This document shows positions 17,952 to 26,144 of a stretch of 30,537 nt of DNA, piece by piece; position 1 is the first letter of the stretch; each line of letters starts with the position of its first letter. The stretch lies in the NCBI GenBank assembly GCA_044356215.1, contig JBIKWQ010000042.1, positions 1 to 30,537 on the forward strand, given 5' to 3'. The position numbers were made by a program, and so were the translations under genes. Below the pieces are notes generated by a model. That model did no database searches and was not told the origin of the DNA. It was given only the letters and a program-made list of their open reading frames with translations. This DNA comes from Bdellovibrionota bacterium. GTDB taxonomy: Bacteria > Bdellovibrionota_C > UBA2361 > OMII01.

Positions 17952-20900
17952 ATGGCGCTAAAGACTCGTAAATTTGCAAATGTGACAACTGAAGGCGGGA
18001 TGCTTCCCGTTGATCTCCTTTCCCGTATTCATGCGATAGATGTGGGGCTTCCGGGTGTTAGTGCCGCCGATTATCACTTAGCCAGTGGAGACAAACTGAC
18101 CGATACTATCTCTCGCTCGTGGTCCTCGCTACGCTCTCGGTGGGAGTCCTTTAAGGTTGAGCGTGAGAAGTTCGGAGACGAGGAACGCGGAACAAGTGCA
18201 ACCCGCGAACGCTGGCTCCTGCCGCTCTTCTCAGAGCTTGGATACGGTCGCCTGATGGTTGCAAAGGCTGAAGAGATAGAGGGGCGGATGTATCCTATCT
18301 CACACGGCTGGCACAGAAGCCCCATACACCTTGTGAGCGCTGCCGTGTCCCTTGATGAGAAGCGAGCCGGAGTGGCAGGTGCCAGCAGAAGCAGCCCCCA
18401 CAGCCTCGTGCAGGAATACCTAAATCGCAGCTCCGAAAAACTGTGGGGCTTCGTCAGTAACGGCCTCACGTTAAGGATTCTGCGAGACAATATAAGCCTA
18501 ACGCGGCAGTCTTATGTTGAGTTTGACCTTGAAGGGATCTTCGACTCTGAGGCGTTTGCGGATTTCTCGCTGCTGTGGCTCCTCTGCCATCAATCTCGAG
18601 TAGAAGCCGAGAAGCCCAAGGAGTGTTGGCTTGAGCAGTGGTCCTCGTTGGCGCAAAAGGAAGGAACTCGTGCGCTTGACCAACTCCGTTCAGGTGTTGA
18701 GAGAGCGATATCGGCGCTCGGCAATGGCTTCATCTCCGAGAGGAGAAATCATATCCTGAGAGAGAGTCTCAGAAGTGGTGAACTATCTAAGGCGGAGCTT
18801 TATCGAGAGCTCCTGCGTATTATTTATCGGTTGATCTTTCTCTTTGTGTCTGAGGATCGAGGCCTGCTGCTCCTTCCTGACGCCGACCAAAAGGCCCGAG
18901 AGCGGTATCAGAGATTCTACTCAACTGCCAGGCTCCGTGAGATGGCTGCAAAGGTTCGCGGTGGTCATCACATCGACCAGTATCAGGTGCTAAAACTTCT
19001 ATTCACGAGTCTGGGATCAAGTGCTGGTGCCCCTGCATTAGCCATAGGGCCACTGGGAAGCTTCCTCTGGTCATCACAGGCGACGCCGCACCTCGATAGC
19101 TGTGAGCTCTCCAACGGTGCCCTCCTCGATTCTATTAGAGCTCTGACAACGATAGTGGATGGCTCTGCAAGGCGCTTCGTGGACTACAAGAATCTTGGCT
19201 CAGAGGAGCTAGGTAGTATTTATGAGTCGCTCCTCGAATTGCACCCCGAACTTGATATAGAAGCTGGAGCTTTCGAGCTACGAACTGCGCAGGGTAACGA
19301 GCGAAAGACTACAGGATCGTATTACACTCCGTCGAGCCTCATAAACTGCCTTCTTGATTCAGCCCTAGAGCCGGTGGTAGCTGAAGCCCTCAAGTTAGAT
19401 CGCTCCGAAAAGTCGATTCTAAAGCTTAAAGTGTGCGATCCAGCGTGCGGAAGCGGACATTTTCTAATCGGCGCAGCCCACCGCTTAGCGAAGCACCTGG
19501 CAAGAGTGCGAACCGGAGAGGAGGAGCCGCCTCCTCAAGCCATTCGTCGAGCCATGCGCGATGTAGTGGGTCACTGCATATATGGCGTGGATATAAATCC
19601 GATGGCGGTAGAGCTCTGCAAAGTGAGCCTCTGGCTTGACGCCCTAGAGCCAGGTCGTCCGTTGAGCTTCTTGGAGCACAGGATTCAATGCGGAAACAGT
19701 CTGCTTGGTGTAACGCCAGCACTGCTGGAGAAGGGTATACCTGATGAGGCTTTTGAGCCGATCGAAGGGGATGATAAACGCGTATGTTCAGGCCTTAAAA
19801 AGCAGAATAAGAGAGAGCATGAAGCTCGTGCTGGCAGACAGACTACGATGTTTGACGTTGAGGGCTTTGAAGCGTGGAACCGCCTGGGTAACATCCAGGC
19901 CTTCATAACTACATTGGATGATATCGACGACTCTTCAATCGAGGGCATACAAAAGAAGCAGGCGCTCTATGAGGAGCAGGTTAAGGGAAAGAGCTATCTG
20001 TTCAGCCGCTTCTGGGCTGATGCTTGGTGTGCGGCGTTTGTGTGGAATCGCAACTCACAGCAGCAGGAATTCATAACAGAGGAGGTTTTTCGTCGAATTG
20101 AGAAAAATCCTCACAGCGTATCGCCAAGCCTTCAAGATGAAGTCCGGCGCATCGCAAGTGAGTATAAGTTCTTCCACTGGCATCTGGCTTTTCCGGGGGT
20201 ATTTCGAGTTCCTAAGAGGGGAGAGTCGCCAGACAATAGAGAGATGGGCTGGAGTGGTGGATTCGATGTGGTGCTTGGGAATCCGCCATGGGAGAGGATT
20301 AAGATACAGGAGAAAGAATGGTTCGCTGAGCGCTCGCCCTTGATAGCTGCGGCACCAAATTCGGCGGCCCGCTCGAAGATGATCGCTGGTCTGAAGGAGT
20401 CAGATCCGAGTTTGTACAAAGCTTTTAGAGAGGAGCTGCGTCGGGCGGAAGGTGAGAGTCACTACATACGCTCGAGTGGGAGATACCCGCTTTGTGGAAG
20501 GGGCGATGTTAATGTTGCGTCAATTTTTGCAGAGACTGCCCTTTGCGTTGCGGCGGGCGGTGCGGGGTGGGGACTTATACTTCCGGCGGGCATAGTTACG
20601 GACGATACGACTAAGCATTTTTTTCGCTATCTAGTTGATCAACGACGAATTCGCTCGGTATTCCAGTTTGACTATCGTTCGAAAGTTTTTCCATCAGTGA
20701 GTAAGCACTACTGCCTTCTTTCCTGTGCTGGTGGAGCGGATGTCTGTGACAGCTTTGATATGGCAGCGGAGTTGATGAGTATCGGCGATCTTATGGACCC
20801 GCAGCGGCGAGTCAAGCTGGATGCAGGGCTTATCAAGTTGCTAAACCCGAATACTCTTACTTGCCCGATTTTGAAATCCTCACGTGACGCAGGGATTATT

Positions 20901-21857
20901 CGGGGTATTTACGAGCGAGTACCTGTTCTCATTCGCGAGGGCGACCCTGATGGTAACCCGTGGGGGATAACATTCCGAGCAATGTTTCATATGTCGAATG
21001 ACTCCCACCTCTTTCACAACAAGCAGCAGCTTGCTGAGGAAGGATTCCAATTACGGGGCAATATCTTTGAGAAGGGGCAGGAGCGATATCTGCCATTGTA
21101 TGAAGCGAAGATGATACATCAGTTTGATCATCGGTGGGCGACATACGAAGGCGAAGATGCTCGCGATGTTTCTGAGCAAGAGAAGCAAAACCCCAACTTC
21201 GAGCCGTTGCCGAGATACTGGGTTCACGAGAGCGAAGTGAATAAGGCGATACCGGAGAGTTGGGATAAGCCTTGGTTGATGGGGTGGAGAGATATCACAA
21301 ATAGCACTAACGAGCGGACGGTGATCGCTAGTTTGGTGCCGCGGGTGGGGGTGGGCCACACCATGCCGCTTTTCTGGGTTGAATCGGCAGTAAATGCCCC
21401 CCTCGTTCTCGCAAATCTTAATTCGTTGCTTTTGGATTATCTCGCGCGACAAAAGATAGGAGGAACTCACCTCACATACGGATTTCTGAAGCAGTTTCCT
21501 CTGCTAACGCCCGAAACCTTTAAGATGGGGTGCCCATGGCAACGAGAGCTCCGGCTCGATTCCTATGTGATTGAGCGGGTCCGGAAGCTTTATGGGGCTA
21601 CAGTGGTTTCCCAAAGCTGGTTTCCGGACGGTCATAAGGAGATGGTCGAATGGGCGGCAGGTTCCCGTGCAAACCTCAGGGCAGAGTTAGACGCCGCCTT
21701 CTTTCATTTATATGGGCTATCTCGTGACGATGTAGCTTTCGTCTTAGATCAGTTCCCGGTGCTCAGACGCAACGAAGAGGGGAGGCACGGTGAGTTTCTT
21801 ACTAAACGACTTGTGCTTGAATACTACGAACGTCTATCTTCTGCTCGGTCCCGATGA
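17952..21857 (+). CDS. Large N6-adenine DNA methyltransferase (DrmMI / type IIG-like architecture)
   Basis: RKTTGSYYTP, motif I CDPACGSGHFL, YGVDINPMAVEL, motif IV GNPPW; C-terminal TRD-like region (WRDITNSTNERT, RAELDAAFFHLYGL). Confidence 0.92.
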   Translation: MALKTRKFANVTTEGGMLPVDLLSRIHAIDVGLPGVSAADYHLASGDKLTDTISRSWSSLRSRWESFKVEREKFGDEERGTSATRERWLLPLFSELGYGRLMVAKAEEIEGRMYPISHGWHRSPIHLVSAAVSLDEKRAGVAGASRSSPHSLVQEYLNRSSEKLWGFVSNGLTLRILRDNISLTRQSYVEFDLEGIFDSEAFADFSLLWLLCHQSRVEAEKPKECWLEQWSSLAQKEGTRALDQLRSGVERAISALGNGFISERRNHILRESLRSGELSKAELYRELLRIIYRLIFLFVSEDRGLLLLPDADQKARERYQRFYSTARLREMAAKVRGGHHIDQYQVLKLLFTSLGSSAGAPALAIGPLGSFLWSSQATPHLDSCELSNGALLDSIRALTTIVDGSARRFVDYKNLGSEELGSIYESLLELHPELDIEAGAFELRTAQGNERKTTGSYYTPSSLINCLLDSALEPVVAEALKLDRSEKSILKLKVCDPACGSGHFLIGAAHRLAKHLARVRTGEEEPPPQAIRRAMRDVVGHCIYGVDINPMAVELCKVSLWLDALEPGRPLSFLEHRIQCGNSLLGVTPALLEKGIPDEAFEPIEGDDKRVCSGLKKQNKREHEARAGRQTTMFDVEGFEAWNRLGNIQAFITTLDDIDDSSIEGIQKKQALYEEQVKGKSYLFSRFWADAWCAAFVWNRNSQQQEFITEEVFRRIEKNPHSVSPSLQDEVRRIASEYKFFHWHLAFPGVFRVPKRGESPDNREMGWSGGFDVVLGNPPWERIKIQEKEWFAERSPLIAAAPNSAARSKMIAGLKESDPSLYKAFREELRRAEGESHYIRSSGRYPLCGRGDVNVASIFAETALCVAAGGAGWGLILPAGIVTDDTTKHFFRYLVDQRRIRSVFQFDYRSKVFPSVSKHYCLLSCAGGADVCDSFDMAAELMSIGDLMDPQRRVKLDAGLIKLLNPNTLTCPILKSSRDAGIIRGIYERVPVLIREGDPDGNPWGITFRAMFHMSNDSHLFHNKQQLAEEGFQLRGNIFEKGQERYLPLYEAKMIHQFDHRWATYEGEDARDVSEQEKQNPNFEPLPRYWVHESEVNKAIPESWDKPWLMGWRDITNSTNERTVIASLVPRVGVGHTMPLFWVESAVNAPLVLANLNSLLLDYLARQKIGGTHLTYGFLKQFPLLTPETFKMGCPWQRELRLDSYVIERVRKLYGATVVSQSWFPDGHKEMVEWAAGSRANLRAELDAAFFHLYGLSRDDVAFVLDQFPVLRRNEEGRHGEFLTKRLVLEYYERLSSARSR

Positions 21858-22762
21858 ATAATTCGGAAAGTCGTCCCAGCCAGGGCGAAATCGATGGTTT
21901 CCTCATCGCACGAAGTGGTTGCCAGGTCTTGCGAGAAGTATTGGTCCCGGAAAGCCAGCTAGCCTCATTCGTCGAATTTCACTCTCAAGAGCAAGACATT
22001 GCGAGCCATTGCTCAGTTCCATTTCTTGCTTACAAGAATAACGAGCTCGATGCCTTTTGCGCTCCACTTCACGATCTAATTTTTACACGCCGCTGTGGTG
22101 CGGCGAGCCTAACTCATCAATATCGTACCTCATTAGTTGAGAAATGGTACGAGGGTCCTTATCCTCACTCTAGGTTCAACCGATTCAGACGGTACGTCGG
22201 TCAGCTGATGGAGTTTCATGTCGCCTGTTTCCTGGAGACGGCTTTTGGATGGCAGGTGCATCAGATGGAGGCGTTCTCACAAGAGACTTGTCCGGACATC
22301 GTATTGCAAAGCGATGAAGTGGGGACTCGTATAGCCGCATCGGTCAAGACTCTTTGCAGAGACGAGGACATCTTCGATCTGTCTCTTTCGCCAGCGCCCG
22401 TACGAAGGCGAGGTTCGGTGTTCATGTCGCCATATGCCCCGTTTAACTATCTGCTTTTTAGGATATGCGAAGCGGCCTGGGGGCTAAGTAACCAGAGTTC
22501 ATATAAGCGTTTGGTTGTGATTAACCTGATGGAGATGCTTCGCTTCAACGGACGACTCGGGGCCGACTGGCTTGATTTCGATAATTTAAGGTTCATATAT
22601 CCAGATGAGGGTCTTGAGGATTTTTGGGCAAAGATAGGGCAGGAGAGGCGTCGAGCGGAGGACACTTTGGCGCACATGCGAGATCATGTAGATGGGATCG
22701 TGATCTGCCATCTTTGTCCAGGATTCGATATCCAGCCGAGTCGGGTGCATCGGTATCGGTAG
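21854..22762 (+). CDS. Hypothetical protein, possible degenerate PD-(D/E)xK nuclease fold
   Basis: 302 aa; ATGA overlap with the MTase stop; LMEFHVACFL...TCPDIVL...IAASVKTL pattern. Confidence 0.65.
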   Translation: MNNSESRPSQGEIDGFLIARSGCQVLREVLVPESQLASFVEFHSQEQDIASHCSVPFLAYKNNELDAFCAPLHDLIFTRRCGAASLTHQYRTSLVEKWYEGPYPHSRFNRFRRYVGQLMEFHVACFLETAFGWQVHQMEAFSQETCPDIVLQSDEVGTRIAASVKTLCRDEDIFDLSLSPAPVRRRGSVFMSPYAPFNYLLFRICEAAWGLSNQSSYKRLVVINLMEMLRFNGRLGADWLDFDNLRFIYPDEGLEDFWAKIGQERRRAEDTLAHMRDHVDGIVICHLCPGFDIQPSRVHRYR

Positions 22763-22773
22763 GCGGACCATAG

Positions 22774-23634
22774 ATGGCCAAGATATCCAAGCTCCACCAC
22801 TATGTTCCGCGCTTGATTTTACGGAAGTTCGCTGATGAAAGCGGTCAGTTGAATTTTGTTAGACGCTCTTCGTTGACCATAACAAAAGCAGCTATTAGGA
22901 ACTTGTTTGCCATCAATCATCTCTACTCTCGGACGGAAGAGGATGGGAGTAAGGATGTGTCACTGGAGGATTTTTACGCCAGCATAGAGGGAGATACTGG
23001 AGAAGTACTTACCAGTATTATTTCCGCCGCTCGCAGCAGTCAGATAGTTAGTCCCTCGAGCCAAGAACGACGAGTCCTTGATAAATTCATTTATCACTTA
23101 TGGAGACGCACCCCCGATGTTTTTGATCGAATGTTTCCGGCAGGGAGCGATGAGGAAGCTATTTCCCTGATTGAAGTGGCTCTGAGAGAGAAGCAGCATC
23201 CGCTCAGTGAGGACGACAGTCAGAAGCTTCGCATACCTGGTAATGCTAAACGGCTTCTCAAAAACACGCGGATAGAGATTCTTCAGGCGGAAAGACCGGA
23301 GATTCTGAAAACTTTATCGGAGTTTGAGTTGCACACGGTGGTGGTGGCGGACAAAAGAAGCTCTTTCATAGTCGGCAGCTACCCGATTCTAGTACTTGAC
23401 GGCCAGAAGCTCACCACTTTTATATCCTCTGGCACGGAGATATGGGTTCCGGTCGCGCCAGATGTTGCTCTGTGCCTATGTGCCCCACTTAGTTTTCAAT
23501 CGATAGCGGCCGATCAAACGCTGGTGCGTAAGGTGAACGAACTAATAGTCGCTCGAAGCTCGGCTATCGCCTCGCATTCAGAAGCGCTACTAAAATCGCT
23601 GGCCAAGGCTGCCTGGGCGGTTCGAGTTAAATAG
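22774..23634 (+). CDS. DUF4238 domain protein (putative anti-phage)
   Basis: N-terminal KLHHYVPRLILRKF, HLYS, LEDFYASIEG, RTP, FIVGSYP and WVPVAPDVAL match the DUF4238 pattern. Confidence 0.8.
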   Translation: MAKISKLHHYVPRLILRKFADESGQLNFVRRSSLTITKAAIRNLFAINHLYSRTEEDGSKDVSLEDFYASIEGDTGEVLTSIISAARSSQIVSPSSQERRVLDKFIYHLWRRTPDVFDRMFPAGSDEEAISLIEVALREKQHPLSEDDSQKLRIPGNAKRLLKNTRIEILQAERPEILKTLSEFELHTVVVADKRSSFIVGSYPILVLDGQKLTTFISSGTEIWVPVAPDVALCLCAPLSFQSIAADQTLVRKVNELIVARSSAIASHSEALLKSLAKAAWAVRVK

Positions 23635-23707
23635 CGATTAGTCGGGTATAAGAATCGAACGCGTTGCGAGCCACAAATTATGTTAGGGTGAGTTTACTCT
23701 GGCCAGT

Positions 23708-23736
23708 GATAAGCCCGAGCCCTAACTCGGGCTATC
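23708..23736. terminator. Hairpin between convergent genes (possible bidirectional terminator)
   Basis: AGCCCGAG-CCCTAA-CTCGGGCT stem with GATA/TATC extension; no strong U tract. Confidence 0.45.
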
Positions 23737-23765
23737 GGCTAAGTGCCCAACGAGGCAGAGGGCTC

Positions 23766-24164
23766 TTAGAGACCGCCGCTAATCTGCCAACAGGCCTGTT
23801 TGGATGAGTGACAGCCGACCAGAAGAGTCAATTTTTTTTGTATCGAGACACCCGCGCTATTACTCGATGTTACATTCGCGGAAACCGTCCAAATACAGGC
23901 CGACCCGTCAGTGGCTTCACGAGAGGCAGAATAATCCTGAAATACTGCCGTTGATGGAGACGATAAATGCCTCTTGGCGAGTTCCCTAAAGGCATAGCGA
24001 AGAGGCTCCGAGACAGCAGCGCTTCCCTGACAGGCATCTCCCGTTGTTCGAACTTCGTCTTGAGCCTGGCTCTGGCTAATTGGGTCGCAGGACAGCGCAA
24101 GAGCGATTGAAAAAGAAACCAACCCTTTAAATATTTGGTGACTCATAAGCTTTATCAACGACAA
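23766..24164 (-). CDS. Small exported hypothetical protein (LxSPSTAxF...VxSxNSxG family seen in prophages/islands)
   Basis: Hydrophobic signal (LVSFSIALALSC, possible lipobox); HLSSPSTAVF and WTVSANVTSSNSAGV motifs. The start codon is uncertain. Confidence 0.6.
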   Translation of the reverse strand: MSLIKLMSHQIFKGLVSFSIALALSCDPISQSQAQDEVRTTGDACQGSAAVSEPLRYAFRELAKRHLSSPSTAVFQDYSASREATDGSACIWTVSANVTSSNSAGVSIQKKLTLLVGCHSSKQACWQISGGL

Positions 24165-24328
24165 AGTGCATTCGACGTTGAGGATACTGACGTGCCTGCA
24201 GACCTGTCAAGGAACTTAAAAAACCGCCTTGGGGCCATTTAAAAGAGGGAAAGCGAATACGGAAAATCTTAAGTAATTAGGCCGTACGGGGCAGTCTGCT
24301 CTGCGTTGCAGGCGAGGGTAGCGGAGAG

Positions 24329-24904
24329 CTACAGCTCACTTGTAGACTTAAATGGGATGTCAGACAGCCGTGCATACTGGATTCCCTCATATACGAACTT
24401 ACCGTCTTTGAATTCTACACCATACTTTTCCATCACAGCGCGCTGACCGGAAGATGCGGGATTTGAGACTGTTTCGCAAACGGCTCCCTCCCCCAGCTTT
24501 TCTTGCTCTTTGCGCTTTCCCGAGTTGTGCTCGTAGCTCGCACTGCTGTCAGGAGTTGGATGCGAACTGACCTGAGTTGCGGGCAGATCCCTTTGGCAAA
24601 ATCTGCAAACGATAGCTTCGACTTTAATATTTTCAGCGCAGAACGGACACTTTCGCGTACCCTGCGCACTATTAGATTCATTAGTGGCGTGCCTACTCGC
24701 GCGCCCCTTGCCACCCAAGGCAATAAAAATGGTTCCTGCGATGAATATCCCGATACCCAGTAGAAACGTATTTTCCTGTGCGCGCATGAGGCCGATATTG
24801 TGGACGCGACTTCCAGTGCCCGTAGGAACACTCGTTTCCATGCCAGATGCACCTACCAGAAGTAGAAAAGCGACTACCCACAAAAGTATCCCAAGCACTC
24901 TCAT
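24329..24904 (-). CDS. Two-TM membrane protein with zinc ribbon (UPF0547-like)
   Basis: Two hydrophobic helices flanking RVHNIGLM; KCPFCAENIKVEAIVCRFCQ. Confidence 0.8.
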   Translation of the reverse strand: MRVLGILLWVVAFLLLVGASGMETSVPTGTGSRVHNIGLMRAQENTFLLGIGIFIAGTIFIALGGKGRASRHATNESNSAQGTRKCPFCAENIKVEAIVCRFCQRDLPATQVSSHPTPDSSASYEHNSGKRKEQEKLGEGAVCETVSNPASSGQRAVMEKYGVEFKDGKFVYEGIQYARLSDIPFKSTSEL

Positions 24905-25178
24905 AACTTTGCTTCCTCGATTTGTTCAAATTTGCTCGAGTAAATGCTGATTAGTGATGCAAATCCGCTTTAACTCGGAGTGTGTACTAGGTTTGGCATT
25001 AGCGATGACAGCCACGGGGAGCGCCACTCGGAGCCATCACCGTCCTAGCATAAGTTGAATCCGCTAGTCTAAGATAGTAGGAGTCTTTGACGCCGCTGTG
25101 GCGCAAATGGGCGCTGCGGTAGTGGTCGGGAGAGTTCGAGATGGGCTAAAGTCAAGGGCCAATTAGGAGCCCATTCCC

Positions 25179-25198
25179 CGTGCCAACTACGTGCCAAC
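25179..25198 (+). repeat. Putative integrase arm-type binding sites (right)
   Basis: CGTGCCAACTACGTGCCAAC, identical to 5974-5993 and 96 bp inside attR. Confidence 0.8.
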
Positions 25199-25294
25199 CA
25201 ACCCCCAAAAACACCACATTTACCAACACCTCTCAACACCATAACTACCCGTAATCACGCATAAAATACTGATCCATCGGAGCCTTTGGTCTTT

Positions 25295-25339
25295 CTCATA
25301 ATTCTGAGGTCCCTTGTTCGATTCAAGGCGTGGGCACCA
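25295..25339 (+). repeat. attR core (45-bp duplicated tRNA 3' end)
   Basis: Identical to 5871-5915; the tRNA 5' half is absent. Confidence 0.95.
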
Positions 25340-25423
25340 GCTGCATCCTAATCTCGCTGCAGCCTGATTAATTTTAGTAACAAGCCCATTGCCTAGGTTT
25401 AAAGCTAAAACTAATAATCCCTG

Positions 25424-25450
25424 TATATCTGCAATATTTATTGCGATATA
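25424..25450. promoter_or_regulatory. Inverted-repeat operator upstream of abiEi
   Basis: TATATC(T)GCAATA-TT-TATTGCGATATA, overlapping TTGCGA and TATAAT promoter-like hexamers. AbiEi proteins are known to autorepress via promoter inverted repeats. Confidence 0.55.
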
Positions 25451-25489
25451 ATTCCTATATTAGTAATTTTAGGCATAAAAAGTAGTCTA

Positions 25490-26134
25490 GTGCGAGACTT
25501 CCTGGTTTTACGAGCTCTTCCGGTTTACGTCGATATCCTTTTGCTCAAGGATCGCTTTGGACACTGCAAGCGACCGGTAAAGAAGGTGTTCGATCTGGCG
25601 AAGGCCGGATATCTCTTTCCTCTTAGGCGTGGGCATTACTTAAATCTTTCATCTGATGACTATCGTGATGTATCTCTCGAGTACTTGGCTAACTCGCTTT
25701 ATGGACCATCGTACATCTCGCTTGAGTGGGCGCTTCATCATTATGGCCTCATACCCGAGAGAGTAGAGCGCGTCACATCTGTAACAACACGACCGGCATG
25801 GAGCGTAAAAACTCCCCTAGGAGTTTTCTCCTATGAGCACCTAAACCGGAATCGATATCCGTGCGGATATGGAGTTGCGGCAAACTCGAACGTTCAATTT
25901 TTTATCGCCACACCCGAAAAGGCGCTGATTGATCTTGTATCTCTACGTACGCGCTCAAATAAGTGGAGCGCCGCGACAAATATTGAGCAATTTCTTCACG
26001 AAGATCTTCGATTAGACACAGAGCATTTTTTTGAGATCGCCTCCGCCGAGTTTCTTAGAGAACTTCTCCCGGATTACAATCGCAACTCTAAGGAGGCAAG
26101 ATTGATAAAGTGGCTTTTATCGAAATTTAATTGA
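25490..26134 (+). CDS. abiEi: Type IV toxin-antitoxin antitoxin, AbiEi family
   Basis: LRRGHY, LYGPSYISLEWALHHYGLIPERV..VTSVT, IATPEKALID; directly upstream of AbiEii. Confidence 0.88.
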   Translation: MRDFLVLRALPVYVDILLLKDRFGHCKRPVKKVFDLAKAGYLFPLRRGHYLNLSSDDYRDVSLEYLANSLYGPSYISLEWALHHYGLIPERVERVTSVTTRPAWSVKTPLGVFSYEHLNRNRYPCGYGVAANSNVQFFIATPEKALIDLVSLRTRSNKWSAATNIEQFLHEDLRLDTEHFFEIASAEFLRELLPDYNRNSKEARLIKWLLSKFN

Positions 26135-26144
26135 GATATTGGAG

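Larger units (their letters stand above)
5871..25339 (+). mobile_element. tRNA(CAT)-integrated genomic island / satellite-like integrative element carrying a defence operon
   Basis: Perfect 45-bp direct repeat of the tRNA 3' half at both ends; integrase next to attL; Xis-like and DUF3987 genes; arm-type repeats at both ends. Confidence 0.92.

Noticed and set aside
9890..21857. Canonical DISARM, BREX, Druantia or type I/III R-M call
   Set aside because: No separate DrmB or PLD DrmC, no PglZ/BrxC, no other Dru genes and no HsdS or Res subunit; gene symbols were therefore withheld.
20500..21857. Possible swapped target-recognition region in the MTase (seems more G/T-rich)
   Set aside because: This is a visual impression only. 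It needs computed composition and homologue alignments, and no flanking recombination repeats were seen.
5871..25339. Prophage or ICE
   Set aside because: No structural, packaging, lysis, relaxase or T4SS genes are recognisable between the att sites.
25295..25339. Second tRNA gene
   Set aside because: Only the 3' half is present; the upstream sequence cannot form the D arm or acceptor stem. It is attR.
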